64,000 nucleotides of DNA. Source: an uncultured Chloroflexia bacterium (lineage in GTDB: Bacteria; Chloroflexota; Limnocylindria; Limnocylindrales; CSP1-4). Positions 38,148-48,217 of the stretch are shown in pieces; positions within the stretch are counted from its first letter, which is position 1, and each line of letters begins with the position of its first letter. The position numbers and the translations under genes were made by a program. The notes beneath the pieces were generated by a model. It was not told where the DNA came from, searched no databases, and saw nothing but the letters and a program-made list of their open reading frames with translations. The stretch spans positions 1,397-65,396 of the forward strand of contig CAWFJD010000019.1 in assembly GCA_963816135.1 (NCBI GenBank), read 5' to 3'.

Positions 38148-39056
38148 ATGCGACGCCACGACATCGACGCCATGCGAGTGGTTGGCTCGGTCATGGTGGT
38201 GACGATCCATGCGACCGCGCCGTTCGTCGTCGCCGGTTCCGCGATCGGTGCGAGCTACTGGGTCGCGCTCGTGGGCAACGAGCTTTCGCGCGGCGCAGTG
38301 CCGATCTTCCTCGCCATCTCCGGCTGGACCCTGCTGACGAGGACGATCGACCTCCGCGCTCGGCTCACTCGCCTGGTGGTGCCACTTGCGGCTTGGACCG
38401 TCATCTACGTGGTGGAGGCCACGGTGCGCGGATCGGAGGACCGCAACTGGGTCGCGATGGCCCTCTTCGGCCCCGGCGTTCGCGAGCACCTGTGGTTCTT
38501 CTACTTCCTCATCCCGATCGTCGTCGTGGTCTGGCTCGTGCGTCAGCCCCAGGCGTCATGGGTCTACGGGGCGGTGGGCGGCCTGGTCGTGGTAGTTCGG
38601 GCGATCGCGGGCGTCGCCAAGGCCCAGGCGTTCTGGCTCGGCTACGCGTGGGGCGTCGGGTACGTGGGCATCGGCTACGCCGCGCTGGAAGGCCGGGCTC
38701 CGGATCGACGCCTGGCCTTGCTGCTCTACGCCGGCGCCACGCTCGCCCTGATCGTGGGAGTCCGCCTTTACGGCCCGGACACCTGGCCCGTGAGCTACGC
38801 CAGTCCGCTCGTCGTCGCGGCCGCGATCGCGGCCATGTGGGCGCTTCGGGCCGTGGCTCGCGAGATGCCACTTGCGTCCCTGACGCTGGGCGTCTACCTC
38901 GTCCACCCGCTCGTCCTGGACGTCGTGCAGCAACTCACCTCGGTGCTCGGTCCGGAGGCGCGTCTGCTGCTGACCTGGGGTCTGGCCATCCCCTCTTCCT
39001 TCGGCCTGGTCTGGGCGTGGCATCGCTCGACCCGCCTCGCGGCCATCCTGGGCTAG
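38148..39056 (+). CDS. Acyltransferase family 3 (membrane O-acyltransferase) protein
   Basis: 302-aa tail of ORF 37566..39056. MRRHDIDAMRVVGSVMVV..HATAPF, ~9 TM, typical Acyl_transf_3. Confidence 0.8.
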   Translation: MRRHDIDAMRVVGSVMVVTIHATAPFVVAGSAIGASYWVALVGNELSRGAVPIFLAISGWTLLTRTIDLRARLTRLVVPLAAWTVIYVVEATVRGSEDRNWVAMALFGPGVREHLWFFYFLIPIVVVVWLVRQPQASWVYGAVGGLVVVVRAIAGVAKAQAFWLGYAWGVGYVGIGYAALEGRAPDRRLALLLYAGATLALIVGVRLYGPDTWPVSYASPLVVAAAIAAMWALRAVAREMPLASLTLGVYLVHPLVLDVVQQLTSVLGPEARLLLTWGLAIPSSFGLVWAWHRSTRLAAILG

Positions 39057-39081
39057 ATTGCACGCCGGCTTCGGGCCTGGT

Positions 39082-40180
39082 CTACGGCCCCGGCCGCCAG
39101 GCGCGGCTGAGGAGGAGGGACCCGGCGGCGAGGAGCCCGCCGATGGCCACGAACACGACGCTGACTTCCTCGACCTGATGCTTGACGATCAGGTTGAGCG
39201 GCAGGCTGGCGAAGACGCTGCTGAGATCGCCCGCGCTTTCGGCCGGGTAATACTTGCCGCCCGTCATGTCCGCGATCTGCTGGAGAGTGGCTTCGTCGAT
39301 GCCGCGCCGGAAATTGCCCACGCCGGCGTCCGCCACCACCGAACCGCCGCCGCCGCCGAACCCACCACCGAATCCGCCGCCGATCCCGGGCTCGCGGCCG
39401 AGGAACTGGGAGGCGCAGGTCGGGTCGAGTGAGCCGCCTTCGGCGGTCCCGAAGCCGATCGTGTAGACCCGGATGCCGCGATCGACCGCCTGCTGCGCGG
39501 CCGTGACCGGATCGATCCCGGCGTTGCTCGCGCCGTCGGTGAGGAGGACGACGATGTCGGGCGCGTAGTCGCCTTTCGGAACCGGGGCCGCCGCCGGCCC
39601 GGCTGCCGTGGTGTCCGTCGTGGTCTTGGCCACGCTCGGATCCACTTGCGAGATCGCGTCGATCGAGGCCAGCAGTCCCTCGCCGATTGCGGTCCGGCGG
39701 CCGACGGCCAGGCTGCCGACGGCCGAGAGGAGCTGATTGGTGTCGGTGGTCGGTGGCTGCACGACGGCGGCGAAGCTGCTGAACGCGACCAGGCCGATCT
39801 GGGCCGAAGCCGCTTTGCCATTGACGAAGTTCGACGGCGGCGGATTCGGCCGCGCCGAGCCGTGTGGGCGCGATATCCGTCGAGCACATGCTGCCGGAGA
39901 CGTCGATCGTGAGGATGATCGTGGTCTGGTCGGTCGGCACCGGCACGATGGCGACCGGCCGGGCCGCGGCCATGATGAGCGCCCCGAGCGCGGTCAGGAA
40001 CAGCACGAATGGCAGATGCCGGCGCAGCCGCGACGAGCCCGGCGCCGCGACCCGGATCAGCTCCAGGCTCGAGTAGCGGACGGCCGTCGGGCGGCGCCGG
40101 CGCAGGCTCCAGGCATAGACGAGCACGGCGATCGGCAGCAGTACCAGGAGCACGAGGAAGCTCGACCACAGGAAGTTCAT
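39082..40180 (-). pseudogene. VWA domain-containing protein (BatB-like), one apparent +1 frameshift near 39837
   Basis: MNFLWSSFLVLLVLLP..ILTIDVSGSMCSTD (MIDAS DxSxS) in ORF 39053..40573. Continuation FVNGKAASAQIGLVAFSSF..LLTDGASNAG..C-terminal TM is in ORF 39082..39762. Confidence 0.8.
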
Positions 40181-40239
40181 CGGGCGCTCACCTTCGGGAG
40201 GCGGCTCGGGGCGACACGGCGAGCGTCCACGTAGCTCGT

Positions 40240-41299
40240 TCATGGCATTCGCCCCAGCCAGAGCATCGAACCCATGCCCCCGGCGAGGAGCAGCAGGACG
40301 CTCAGACCCGCGAAGACGGCCGTGAGCTCGGTCAGCTCCGGCGTGGACGACGAGCTGGGTGTTGAGGTTGTCGTACACCGACCGGAGCTGCTGGGCATCG
40401 GTTGCCGAGTAGTACGTCCCGCCGGTCAGCTGCGAGATCTGCTGGAGCTGGCCGGCGTCGAGCGTGGTGTGGACGTGGACGCCGTTGACGTCGAGGTCGG
40501 TGCCGTTGGCGCTGCCGATCCCGACGGTGAAGATGCGGACGCCTTGTTTCGCGGCCGCCTGCGCGGCGACCATCGGATCCGGGTTCTCGTTGTTCTCGCC
40601 GTCGCTCAGAAGGACGATGACCGCCGGAGCGTGATAGCCCTGCGGGACGGGCGTCGGCGCCGGCGTCGGGGCCGCCGACGAGAGGGAGTAGTAGTTGTTC
40701 GCGTAGGGGCCGCGATTGGCGGCCGCGATCGCGTCGAGCGAGGCGGTGATTCCCGAGGCGAGGGAAGTGCCCTTCTGGGGAGCCAGCCGGTCGATGGCGT
40801 TGGCGATGGTCGCGGGATCCGTCGAGGGAGCCTGGACCGACGATGCCGGAATCGGAGAACGCCACGACGCCGATCGAGATCCCCGAAGGCTGATTGGCCA
40901 CGAAGTCCTTGGCCGCGGTCCGGGCGGCCGCGATTCGGGTCGGCGAGATATCCGTGGCGGCCATGCTGCCCGAGACGTCGAAGGCGAGGATGACGGTGCC
41001 CTGCTCGCGCGGCAGCGCGACGACGGCCTGGGGCCGGGCCAGCGCCACGGCCATCATGATCATGCCGCCGACGACGAGGGCGCCGGCGATCGCTCTGGCA
41101 GGGGTCGTTCGGCCGGCGCCGCTGCCGGTCTGGGCGCCGCTTGCGCCGCCGGTCGCGGCGCCGCTGCGGGCCAGAGCCGCGGAACCGTAAGCCCGGGCCA
41201 AGGGCGCGCCGCCGCCGGCGGTCCATGACCCGGAACAGCCACATGCCGATCGGCACGAGGAGGAGTCGAGAGCAGCATGGGAGGCCAGATGAACGACAC
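40240..41299 (-). pseudogene. VWA domain-containing protein (BatA-like), four apparent +1 frameshifts near 41268, 41203, 40839 and 40341
   Basis: AGGAGG-N5-GTG start. Pieces VSFIWPPMLL / LLLVPIGMWLFRVMDRRRRRA / ..ILAFDVSGSMAATD..GVVAFSDSGIV / VQAPSTDPATIANAIDRL..VLLSDGENN..TVGIGS.. / PELTELTAVFAGLSVLLLLAGG..* lie in ORF frames 41060, 40606, 40332, 39053 and one more. Confidence 0.8.
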
Positions 41300-41301
41300 C
41301 G

Positions 41302-42127
41302 CTACCTCCTGCCGCGCCGGCTGCGAAGGCTGGCCATCCGGACGATGGACCGGACGAGGTCGTCGTCGGTGGACATCGAGACGGCTTCTACGCCGGCCCG
41401 CCTGAACGACGTGGCCACGGCAGCTTCGCGCGCCGCCGCGGCTTCGGCGAACCGCCTGCGGAAGCCACGGTCGTGCGTGTCCACGTAGATCTGCTCGCCC
41501 GTTTCTGCATCTTCGAGGATCAGCGGGCCCGCGTCCGGCAGCTCGATCTCGCGCGGATCGAGAAGTCGAACCGCCACTACCTCGTGGCGGCGGTTGAGCA
41601 TGCTCAGCGGCCTGTCCCAACCCGGCACGGAGATGAAGTCCGAGATGACGAACACGAGAGAGCGCCGCTTGATCGTGCTCTCACCGGCGGCGAGCAGCGG
41701 CGCGAGGTCGGTCAGACCGCCCCGGTTCACCCGTGGCTGGCGGAGCAGCGAATCGATCAGATGGAGCACCTGGTCGCGGCCGCCTCGCGCCGGCACCGGC
41801 GCGATCCCCTCGCCAAAGAAGATCGCGCCTACGCGATTCCCGCGCCGGGTCAGCAGCCGCGCGAGCGTGGCCACGAAGTCGATGAGGACGGTTCGCTTGA
41901 CCCGCTCCGTCTCGAGCGTCCCGAAGTCCACCGAAGGGCTGAGGTCGAGCAGGAACCAGGCCGTGATCTCGCGGTCTTCGTTGTATTCGCGGACGTAGGC
42001 GTCGTCCATCCGGGCGGTGACGTTCCAGTCGATGTACCGCACGTCGTCGCCGGGCTGGTACTCGCGCAAGCCCGGCCAGGTCCACACCGTTGCCCCGGAA
42101 GAGGCTCCGGTAGTCGCCCTGGAGCAT
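41302..42127 (-). pseudogene. DUF58 domain-containing protein, one apparent +1 frameshift near 42066. The true start is probably further upstream (up to 42376).
   Basis: MLQGDYRSLFRGNGVDLAGL (ORF 41681..42127) joins REYQPGDDVRYIDWNVTARMDD.. (ORF 41302..42087). The upstream frame stays open to the MoxR stop with no ATG/GTG/TTG. Confidence 0.8.
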
Positions 42128-42372
42128 GCCGTCGAGGCGGCGGATGACCGCCCAGTCGAGCCGCTGGAGGATTCGTTCGGGCGTCGTGATCGTCCCGCCG
42201 GACGACGCGCTCGATCTGTCGGCCTCTGCCTGCTTCTGCCCGGGCGACCTCGGCGGAGCCGCGGGAATCCGAACCGTGGGCGTCGGGCGCGGCGAGGAGG
42301 CCGGCCGCGCGGCCCCGGGTCGGCCTCGGAACCTCGAGCGTTCGGCGGCGGTAAGTGGACGACCCCGCTCGC

Positions 42373-43398
42373 TCAGGCGCCGGCGCGGACGTGGCTCGCC
42401 TCCCGCATTGGCACCGCCGGCGCGGGGATTCGCTTCATGATCGTGGTCAGGATGTCGTCCGGGGAGACGTTGTCGCTCAGGGCCTCGAACGAGAGCACGA
42501 GCCTGTGGCGCATCACGTCGCGGGCCATGTCCACCACGTCCTGGGGAAGGGTGTAGTCGCGGCCGCGGATGAAGGCCAGGGCTCGGGCCGTGAGGATCAG
42601 GTTGATCGAGGCTCGCGGGCTCGCGCCGTAGGTGATGTAGTGCTCGAGCTCGGGCATGCCGTGGCGTCCGGGCACGCGCGTGGCCGTGGTCAATCGGACG
42701 GCGTATTCCATCAGCGCCGGATCGACGTAGACCTTGTCCGCTTCGGCCTGCAGCTCGAGGAGCCGGTCGGTCGTGAGGACCTGCGCGACCGCGTCGAGAT
42801 GGCCGGTCATGCGCTCGACGATGACGAACTCCTCGGTCGGGCTTGGATAGCCGACGAGGACCTTGAGCATGAAGCGGTCGACCTGCGCCTCCGGCAGCGC
42901 GTACGTGCCTTCGGTCTCGATCGGGTTCTGCGTGGCCATGACCAGGAACGGGTTTGGCACCTTGAACGTTTCGCGGCCGATGGTGACCTGCCGCTCCTGC
43001 ATGACCTCGAGCAGCGCGCTCTGGACCTTGGCCGGGGCGCGGTTGATCTCGTCGGCGAGGAGCAGGTTCGTGAAGACGGGCCCCAGCGAGGTGTTGAACT
43101 CGGCTGTCTTCTGGTTGTAGATGCGCGTGCCGATCAGGTCCGCCGGAACCAGGTCCGGAGTGAACTGGATGCGCTTGAACTCGCCGCCGGTGGCTTCGGC
43201 GAGGGTCTTGATGGCCATGGTCTTGGCCAGGCCCGGCACGCCCTCGACGAGGAGGTGGCCACGGGCCAGGAGCGCCACCGCCATTCGCTCGAGGAGGTGG
43301 TCCTGGCCCACGATGACCTTCTTGACCTCGTAGAGCACCCGCTCCATCGGCATCATCCGATTGAGGTCGAGCCGGCTCAGGTCCGTCGTATCGGTCAT
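42373..43398 (-). CDS. MoxR-family AAA+ ATPase
   Basis: Walker A GVPGLAKT, Walker B LLADEINRAPAK, ATQNPIE. Intact 341 aa. Confidence 0.95.
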   Translation of the reverse strand: MTDTTDLSRLDLNRMMPMERVLYEVKKVIVGQDHLLERMAVALLARGHLLVEGVPGLAKTMAIKTLAEATGGEFKRIQFTPDLVPADLIGTRIYNQKTAEFNTSLGPVFTNLLLADEINRAPAKVQSALLEVMQERQVTIGRETFKVPNPFLVMATQNPIETEGTYALPEAQVDRFMLKVLVGYPSPTEEFVIVERMTGHLDAVAQVLTTDRLLELQAEADKVYVDPALMEYAVRLTTATRVPGRHGMPELEHYITYGASPRASINLILTARALAFIRGRDYTLPQDVVDMARDVMRHRLVLSFEALSDNVSPDDILTTIMKRIPAPAVPMREASHVRAGA

Positions 43399-43458
43399 TC
43401 GATCACCTCCGGTTCGGTCGGGCAGCGGTCAGGCATTCGCATCCGCCGCGCGATCGCG

Positions 43459-44508
43459 TCAGTACTGGGGCAGCTGGCCGGGTCCGCCGCTCGTGGCGAC
43501 GTCGATCGGCACGGCCAGCCCGATGCCGATGAACACGTTCTGTTCCGTGGGGTTGATGAGCGCGGTCACGATGCCCACGACCTCGCCGTTGCGATTGACG
43601 AGCGGGCCGCCCGAGTTGCCCGGGTTCACGGCCGCATCCACCTGGATCAAGCCGGTCAGGTTCGGACCGCCGTTCGGCATCTGGAAGGACCGGCCGAGGC
43701 CCGATACCACGCCGGCGCTGAGCGAACCGTCGAGCCCGAAGGGGTTGCCGAGGACGAACGCCTCGCTGCCGACCTGCATGCTCCGCGGACTGCCGAGCAC
43801 GGCCGGGACGATGGTCGAGGGCGGCTGTGTCGCCTGCAGAACGGCGATGTCGTTCGCGACTTCCTGGCTCGCGATCTGGGCCGGCGACGTGGTTCCGTCG
43901 GCGAACGTGACCTGGATCGCGGTTGCGTTGGCGACGACGTGGAGGGCGGTCAGGATGTCGCCGGCGTCGTCGACGATCACGCCGCTGCCGACGCTCGAGC
44001 CGGTCAGGCCGAACGCGGTGGGCTTGCCGGACGAGGGGGCCGGAGTCGGAAGCGGTTCGGTGCCCGGCGCGGGCGATGTCCCCGGTGCATTCGAACCTCC
44101 GGGCGCGGCCGAGGCGCCCGGTGAGGCTGGGGCGCCCGTCTGAGCCTCCTGGACCTGGATGAAGACGAGCGAAGGCGCGACCGCCTCGTAGACCTGCTGC
44201 GAGTAGGCTGGTGGAGGCGTAACCGACGCGAGAGCGCTCGCGATGCTTCGGTTCACGTCCGTCTGGTCGAGGGCGTGCGGCTTGGGCTGCACCGCGACAT
44301 AGGTGCCGACGATCGCGAGGGTCGCCAGGACGGTGACGCCAAAGGGAGCCGACCGGCGAATCGCCCGACCCGTGCGAGCCGCGCCGCGCCGGGTGCTCCG
44401 ACCCGCGCGTCGGAGTCGAGCCCGCGATCGCCACAGGACAACGTTCATGACCCGGCGGGGCCGCGACCTCGTGGCGGAATTGAACTGGTCGTCGGGCGCG
44501 TCTGACAT
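43459..44508 (-). CDS. Trypsin-like (S1C) serine protease, membrane-anchored, no PDZ
   Basis: TM anchor, Pro/Ala-rich linker, catalytic contexts LTALHVV, NDIAVL, GNSGGPLV. Start at M12 of ORF 43459..44541 (uncertain). Confidence 0.85.
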   Translation of the reverse strand: MSDAPDDQFNSATRSRPRRVMNVVLWRSRARLRRAGRSTRRGAARTGRAIRRSAPFGVTVLATLAIVGTYVAVQPKPHALDQTDVNRSIASALASVTPPPAYSQQVYEAVAPSLVFIQVQEAQTGAPASPGASAAPGGSNAPGTSPAPGTEPLPTPAPSSGKPTAFGLTGSSVGSGVIVDDAGDILTALHVVANATAIQVTFADGTTSPAQIASQEVANDIAVLQATQPPSTIVPAVLGSPRSMQVGSEAFVLGNPFGLDGSLSAGVVSGLGRSFQMPNGGPNLTGLIQVDAAVNPGNSGGPLVNRNGEVVGIVTALINPTEQNVFIGIGLAVPIDVATSGGPGQLPQY

Positions 44509-44796
44509 GAAGCAGCCGGCTGCGGGTCTTGCCGATCGCACGCAAAGTGCGACAGGGCCGCAACGATGGCCGCGGCTCCTGAACGTTGCATGAAAGCCGC
44601 CGGCGAGGAGTTCGCGGGCCCAGACCCGGACCGCTGCGCGGATCGGGGGCGAAGGCTCAGGCCGGCAGCCTCACCGTCAGCACCGGGCACGGAGCGTGAT
44701 CGGAGACGTGACGGGCCACATGGCCGACGCTCCGGCGATCCCGAGCGCGGTACCGAGGCCAGCGCCCAACGTTCGGTCGATCCGAGAGGCTCACCG

Positions 44797-45783
44797 TTAC
44801 GTCCACGCCAGGGCGGCGCGCGTGGACCAGTAGTCGTCCGGGCGTTCGGTCATCGTCGCCAGCTCCGCGCGTTCATCGGGCGAGAGAAGCAAGCCTGCCG
44901 CCTCGACATTGCTCTCGATCTGTGCCGTCGTGACCGCGCCAGAGAGCGCGACGTCCACCCAGTCGTTGGCGAGGACCGCGGCGAGGGCGACGACGTCGGG
45001 GGTCGCGGCGTGGACGTTGGCGATCCGGGCCAGCCGCTCGGCCGCCTGCCCGGATCCGCCGGCCAGGCGGCCGTTCGCCAGGGCTTCTTTGACGATTACG
45101 CCCAGACCGGCCTCCTTCGCTTCGGCCAGCGCCGCGCCGGCGGAGGACTCGAGGAGATTCCACGTGGCCTGGACCGTGGCGAAGAGCGGTTGCCCGTCAA
45201 CCCGGACCGCGATGGCCTGCCGGATCGTGTCCGCCTGACGCGGTCCGCTGACCGTCAACCCGATCGCCAGACCCGCGTCGGCCCGGCGTCGCAGTTCCTC
45301 CAGCACGGCGTGGTTCTCCAGCACGCCGCTCTCCTTCGTAGCCGAGTGAATCTGATAGAGCCGCAGCCGCTCGCCGAGGAGTGCCCGGCTCTCGGCCAGC
45401 TGACGCCGGAGGTTCTCCACGGAGTGGTCCTTGATCTCGTTGACCTCCGCGCCCACCTGCCAGTCCGCGGTGTAGCGGTAACCCCATTTCGAGCCGACCG
45501 TCACCTCGGCCGGACCGAAGCCCCGCTCATCGAGCCACGAGCCCAGGAACTCCTCGGCGCGGCCATAGGAACGGGCCGCGTCCACGTACCGAATGCCCGC
45601 TTCGTACGCCGCGTCGAGCAGATCGTGAGCGCGCCGGCGCATCGTCTCGACGTCACGGTCTCTTCCCAGGTCGCGGTCGCGGCCAAGCGTGATGTAGCCC
45701 GGCCGGCCGATGGCCGCGAGTCCAAGACCGATCCCGCTGACCGGCAATCCCGTGCGGCCCAGGACTCTAGCGAGCACCGCCAT
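44797..45783 (-). CDS. Aldo/keto reductase
   Basis: LGRTGLPVSGIGLG..YVDAARSYG..SKWGY..LYQIHS, typical AKR. Intact. Confidence 0.9.
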   Translation of the reverse strand: MAVLARVLGRTGLPVSGIGLGLAAIGRPGYITLGRDRDLGRDRDVETMRRRAHDLLDAAYEAGIRYVDAARSYGRAEEFLGSWLDERGFGPAEVTVGSKWGYRYTADWQVGAEVNEIKDHSVENLRRQLAESRALLGERLRLYQIHSATKESGVLENHAVLEELRRRADAGLAIGLTVSGPRQADTIRQAIAVRVDGQPLFATVQATWNLLESSAGAALAEAKEAGLGVIVKEALANGRLAGGSGQAAERLARIANVHAATPDVVALAAVLANDWVDVALSGAVTTAQIESNVEAAGLLLSPDERAELATMTERPDDYWSTRAALAWT

Positions 45784-46348
45784 AGGATCGCGGTTGGGCG
45801 GCCAGAAGTCGACCGCGATGCGTCCTAAGCCGATAGGCGAGCATCAGATTGGACAGCCCGAACGCGATCGCCCAGACGCCCACGAGCCAGACGAGCGAGA
45901 GGAGGCCGGCACCCGGAAAGGCGATCAGGAACAGTCCAAAGAGGACGCTGATCGCACCGCCAAGGCCGAGCCAGAGCTCGCCCTGGATCTCCCGTCGCAG
46001 CCGGATCGCCGCGAGCAACGCCATCGTTCCAGTCGTGATCGCCCAGAACGCCGCGACGTACAGGAGCGCCAGGGCCGTGATGCCGGGCAGCACCAGGGCG
46101 GCGACGCCCGCGGCGATACCCAGGGCACCGATGATGGCGACCTCCCAAACGTGATGCCGCGCCTCCGGCCGGCCGATCAGCAAGGCGCCCAGGAGGACGA
46201 AGCCGTCCACGATCGCGTACGCGCCGAACAGAAGGACGAGCGCGCCGAGCGCCAGGCCCGGCAGCGCCAGGGCGAGGATCCCGAAACCGATCGCCGCGAG
46301 TCCGCGCACGGCAAATGCCAGCCAGTTGCCTGAATAGACGACGAGCGT
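45767..46348 (-). CDS. HdeD/DUF308 family membrane protein (start codon unclear)
   Basis: WLAFAVRGLAAIGFGILALALPG..GAYAIVDG repeats in the last ~190 aa of ORF 45767..46714. AAGGAG RBS at ~46357, but no canonical start follows it. The 3' end overlaps the AKR start by 17 nt. Confidence 0.65.
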   Translation of the reverse strand, partial: TLVVYSGNWLAFAVRGLAAIGFGILALALPGLALGALVLLFGAYAIVDGFVLLGALLIGRPEARHHVWEVAIIGALGIAAGVAALVLPGITALALLYVAAFWAITTGTMALLAAIRLRREIQGELWLGLGGAISVLFGLFLIAFPGAGLLSLVWLVGVWAIAFGLSNLMLAYRLRTHRGRLLAAQPRSYGGAR

Positions 46349-46664
46349 GTCGGTCTCCTTTCGACTTCCGATCGGACGCCCGGCCTCGGGGCCGGGCCCT
46401 GGGACAGGAACGTACCCGGGTCTCAAGGGGCGCGGATCCACGGTCCGAATCCGGCACGGCTGGCGGGACGTGATTGCCAGATTCGGGACGACGACCCGAG
46501 GACGAGAGGTGCGGTCAACTCTCCCGCTGACGGCCGGAATTGCGCATCCGAATCCAGGGAGGCGACTGATAGAATCCGGACGGACGCGGGTTCCGTCACG
46601 CCCGTCAGCGAGCAACCCGGTCCTGGAGCACGGCGCGGCCATTCCGAGCCGGGGGAGATCGTCC

Positions 46665-48119
46665 ATGGCGGTCGGATTCGGGTTCTGCTCCACCTGTGGA
46701 GCGCCCCTGACCAAAGCCCAGCAGAAGTTCTGCGCTGTCTGTGGCGCCGTTCTTCAAGCGGCGCCGGCCCCCTCGGACGAGGCGCCGCAGGCCCAGTCCT
46801 TCACGCCACCGCCTCCGCCGCCGGCGCAATGGGCCCCGCAGCCGCCGGCCGCGGTTCCACCGCCCTGGGCCACGACCGCAGCCACCCCGCCGGCCGCGGT
46901 CCCCGCCGCGCCGCAGCCGCCGGCACCTGTCCCGGCCGAAGCCCCGGCGCCCTTGCCGGCCGAAGTCCCGGCCACCGTCCCGGCTCCGATTACGCCTCCT
47001 GCCGCGGTCCTCGCCGCTGCGCAGCCGCCGGCCGCGATTCCACCGCCCTGGGCCACGACCGCAGCCACCCCGCCGCCGGCGCCACCCGCCGGACCGCCAC
47101 CATGGGCCTCTCCAAACACGCCGCCGCCGCCGTTCGCCCAGTCCGCCGGCGCGTTCCCGGGCGCGGCGTCCGCGGGGCAGCAGCCGCCCCAGATGCCCCA
47201 GCCTCCGGTTCCGTGGGGCGTGCCCGCCGCCGTGCCGCCTGCCAGAGCCAGGACTCCGATCAACCCGCTCATGGCCATCGTCGGAGTGGTGGTCATCGTG
47301 GCCGTCCTTGCCGGCGTCGCGTATGCCATGACAGGCAACAAGCCAGGGCCTCTCGGGCCTGCTCAGACACCCAACGCCACGAGCCCGGCAAACCACACGC
47401 CAAGCCCGGTTGCCACGGCCACGAAGGCGGCCGCGGTTGCCTCGATATTGGTGAGTCCGGCCACCTTCGGCTGCGCCGACAGCGGCGATGCCAGGCTCGC
47501 CATCCTCCTGCCCGCTTCGGTCGGCGAGGACATGGTCGTCACGCTCGAGATTGACGGGGAATCGATCGGAGACATGGCCCTGACGGACAAGTTCGTCCAG
47601 AAGGCAGACGGCTCCTGGTCTTACTCGGACACGCAATCGATGGCTTCCCTGTGCGAGCAGGTCGGATCGGGGCGGCACGTGCTCCACGTCCTCGATGACT
47701 CTAGTCAGACCCTTGCCCAGGGCATCTTCACCATCACGGGAACCGCGCCGACGCCCGCGCCGACGCCCAAGCCGACGCCCGCGCCGACGCCAACGCCCGC
47801 GGCGGCCGGAGGCGGAGCCATCCTGGTCACGCCCGCCCTGTTCGCATGTTCGTCCACCACGACGCCGGTCCAGATCACGATCGTCCTTGGGCCGTCAGTT
47901 CCGGCGACCGCAGCCGTGGCGATGACCATCGACACCCAAACCCTGGGCACGGACACCGTCGGAACCGGTTTCGAGAAGCAAAGCGACGGCACGTGGCTCG
48001 CCAGCGACGGCGTCGACGCGAGCAGCCTGTGCAAGTACGGCGACGGCCCGCACACGATCAAGGTCATCGATTCGACCAAGACCATCCTCGCTCAGGGCGT
48101 CTTCACTACCGAGCCTTAG
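46665..48119 (+). CDS. Zinc-ribbon / proline-rich / single-TM protein with two repeated extracytoplasmic domains
   Basis: M107 of ORF 46347..48119 with a GGGGGAG RBS. CSTCGAPL..FCAVCG zinc ribbon. PPAAVPPPWATTAATPP occurs twice. TM IVGVVVIVAVLAGVAY. Two similar ~95-aa domains (ILVSPATFGC.. / ILVTPALFAC..). Confidence 0.75.
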   Translation: MAVGFGFCSTCGAPLTKAQQKFCAVCGAVLQAAPAPSDEAPQAQSFTPPPPPPAQWAPQPPAAVPPPWATTAATPPAAVPAAPQPPAPVPAEAPAPLPAEVPATVPAPITPPAAVLAAAQPPAAIPPPWATTAATPPPAPPAGPPPWASPNTPPPPFAQSAGAFPGAASAGQQPPQMPQPPVPWGVPAAVPPARARTPINPLMAIVGVVVIVAVLAGVAYAMTGNKPGPLGPAQTPNATSPANHTPSPVATATKAAAVASILVSPATFGCADSGDARLAILLPASVGEDMVVTLEIDGESIGDMALTDKFVQKADGSWSYSDTQSMASLCEQVGSGRHVLHVLDDSSQTLAQGIFTITGTAPTPAPTPKPTPAPTPTPAAAGGGAILVTPALFACSSTTTPVQITIVLGPSVPATAAVAMTIDTQTLGTDTVGTGFEKQSDGTWLASDGVDASSLCKYGDGPHTIKVIDSTKTILAQGVFTTEP

Positions 48120-48217
48120 CCGAAGCGCGCGACGGCGCGCGACCGAACGATGGCCGCCCGGTGTCCGCGCGATCGGAATCTCGCTCCTGAAAGGACTCGC
48201 CCTTGTCGGCGAGAGGC

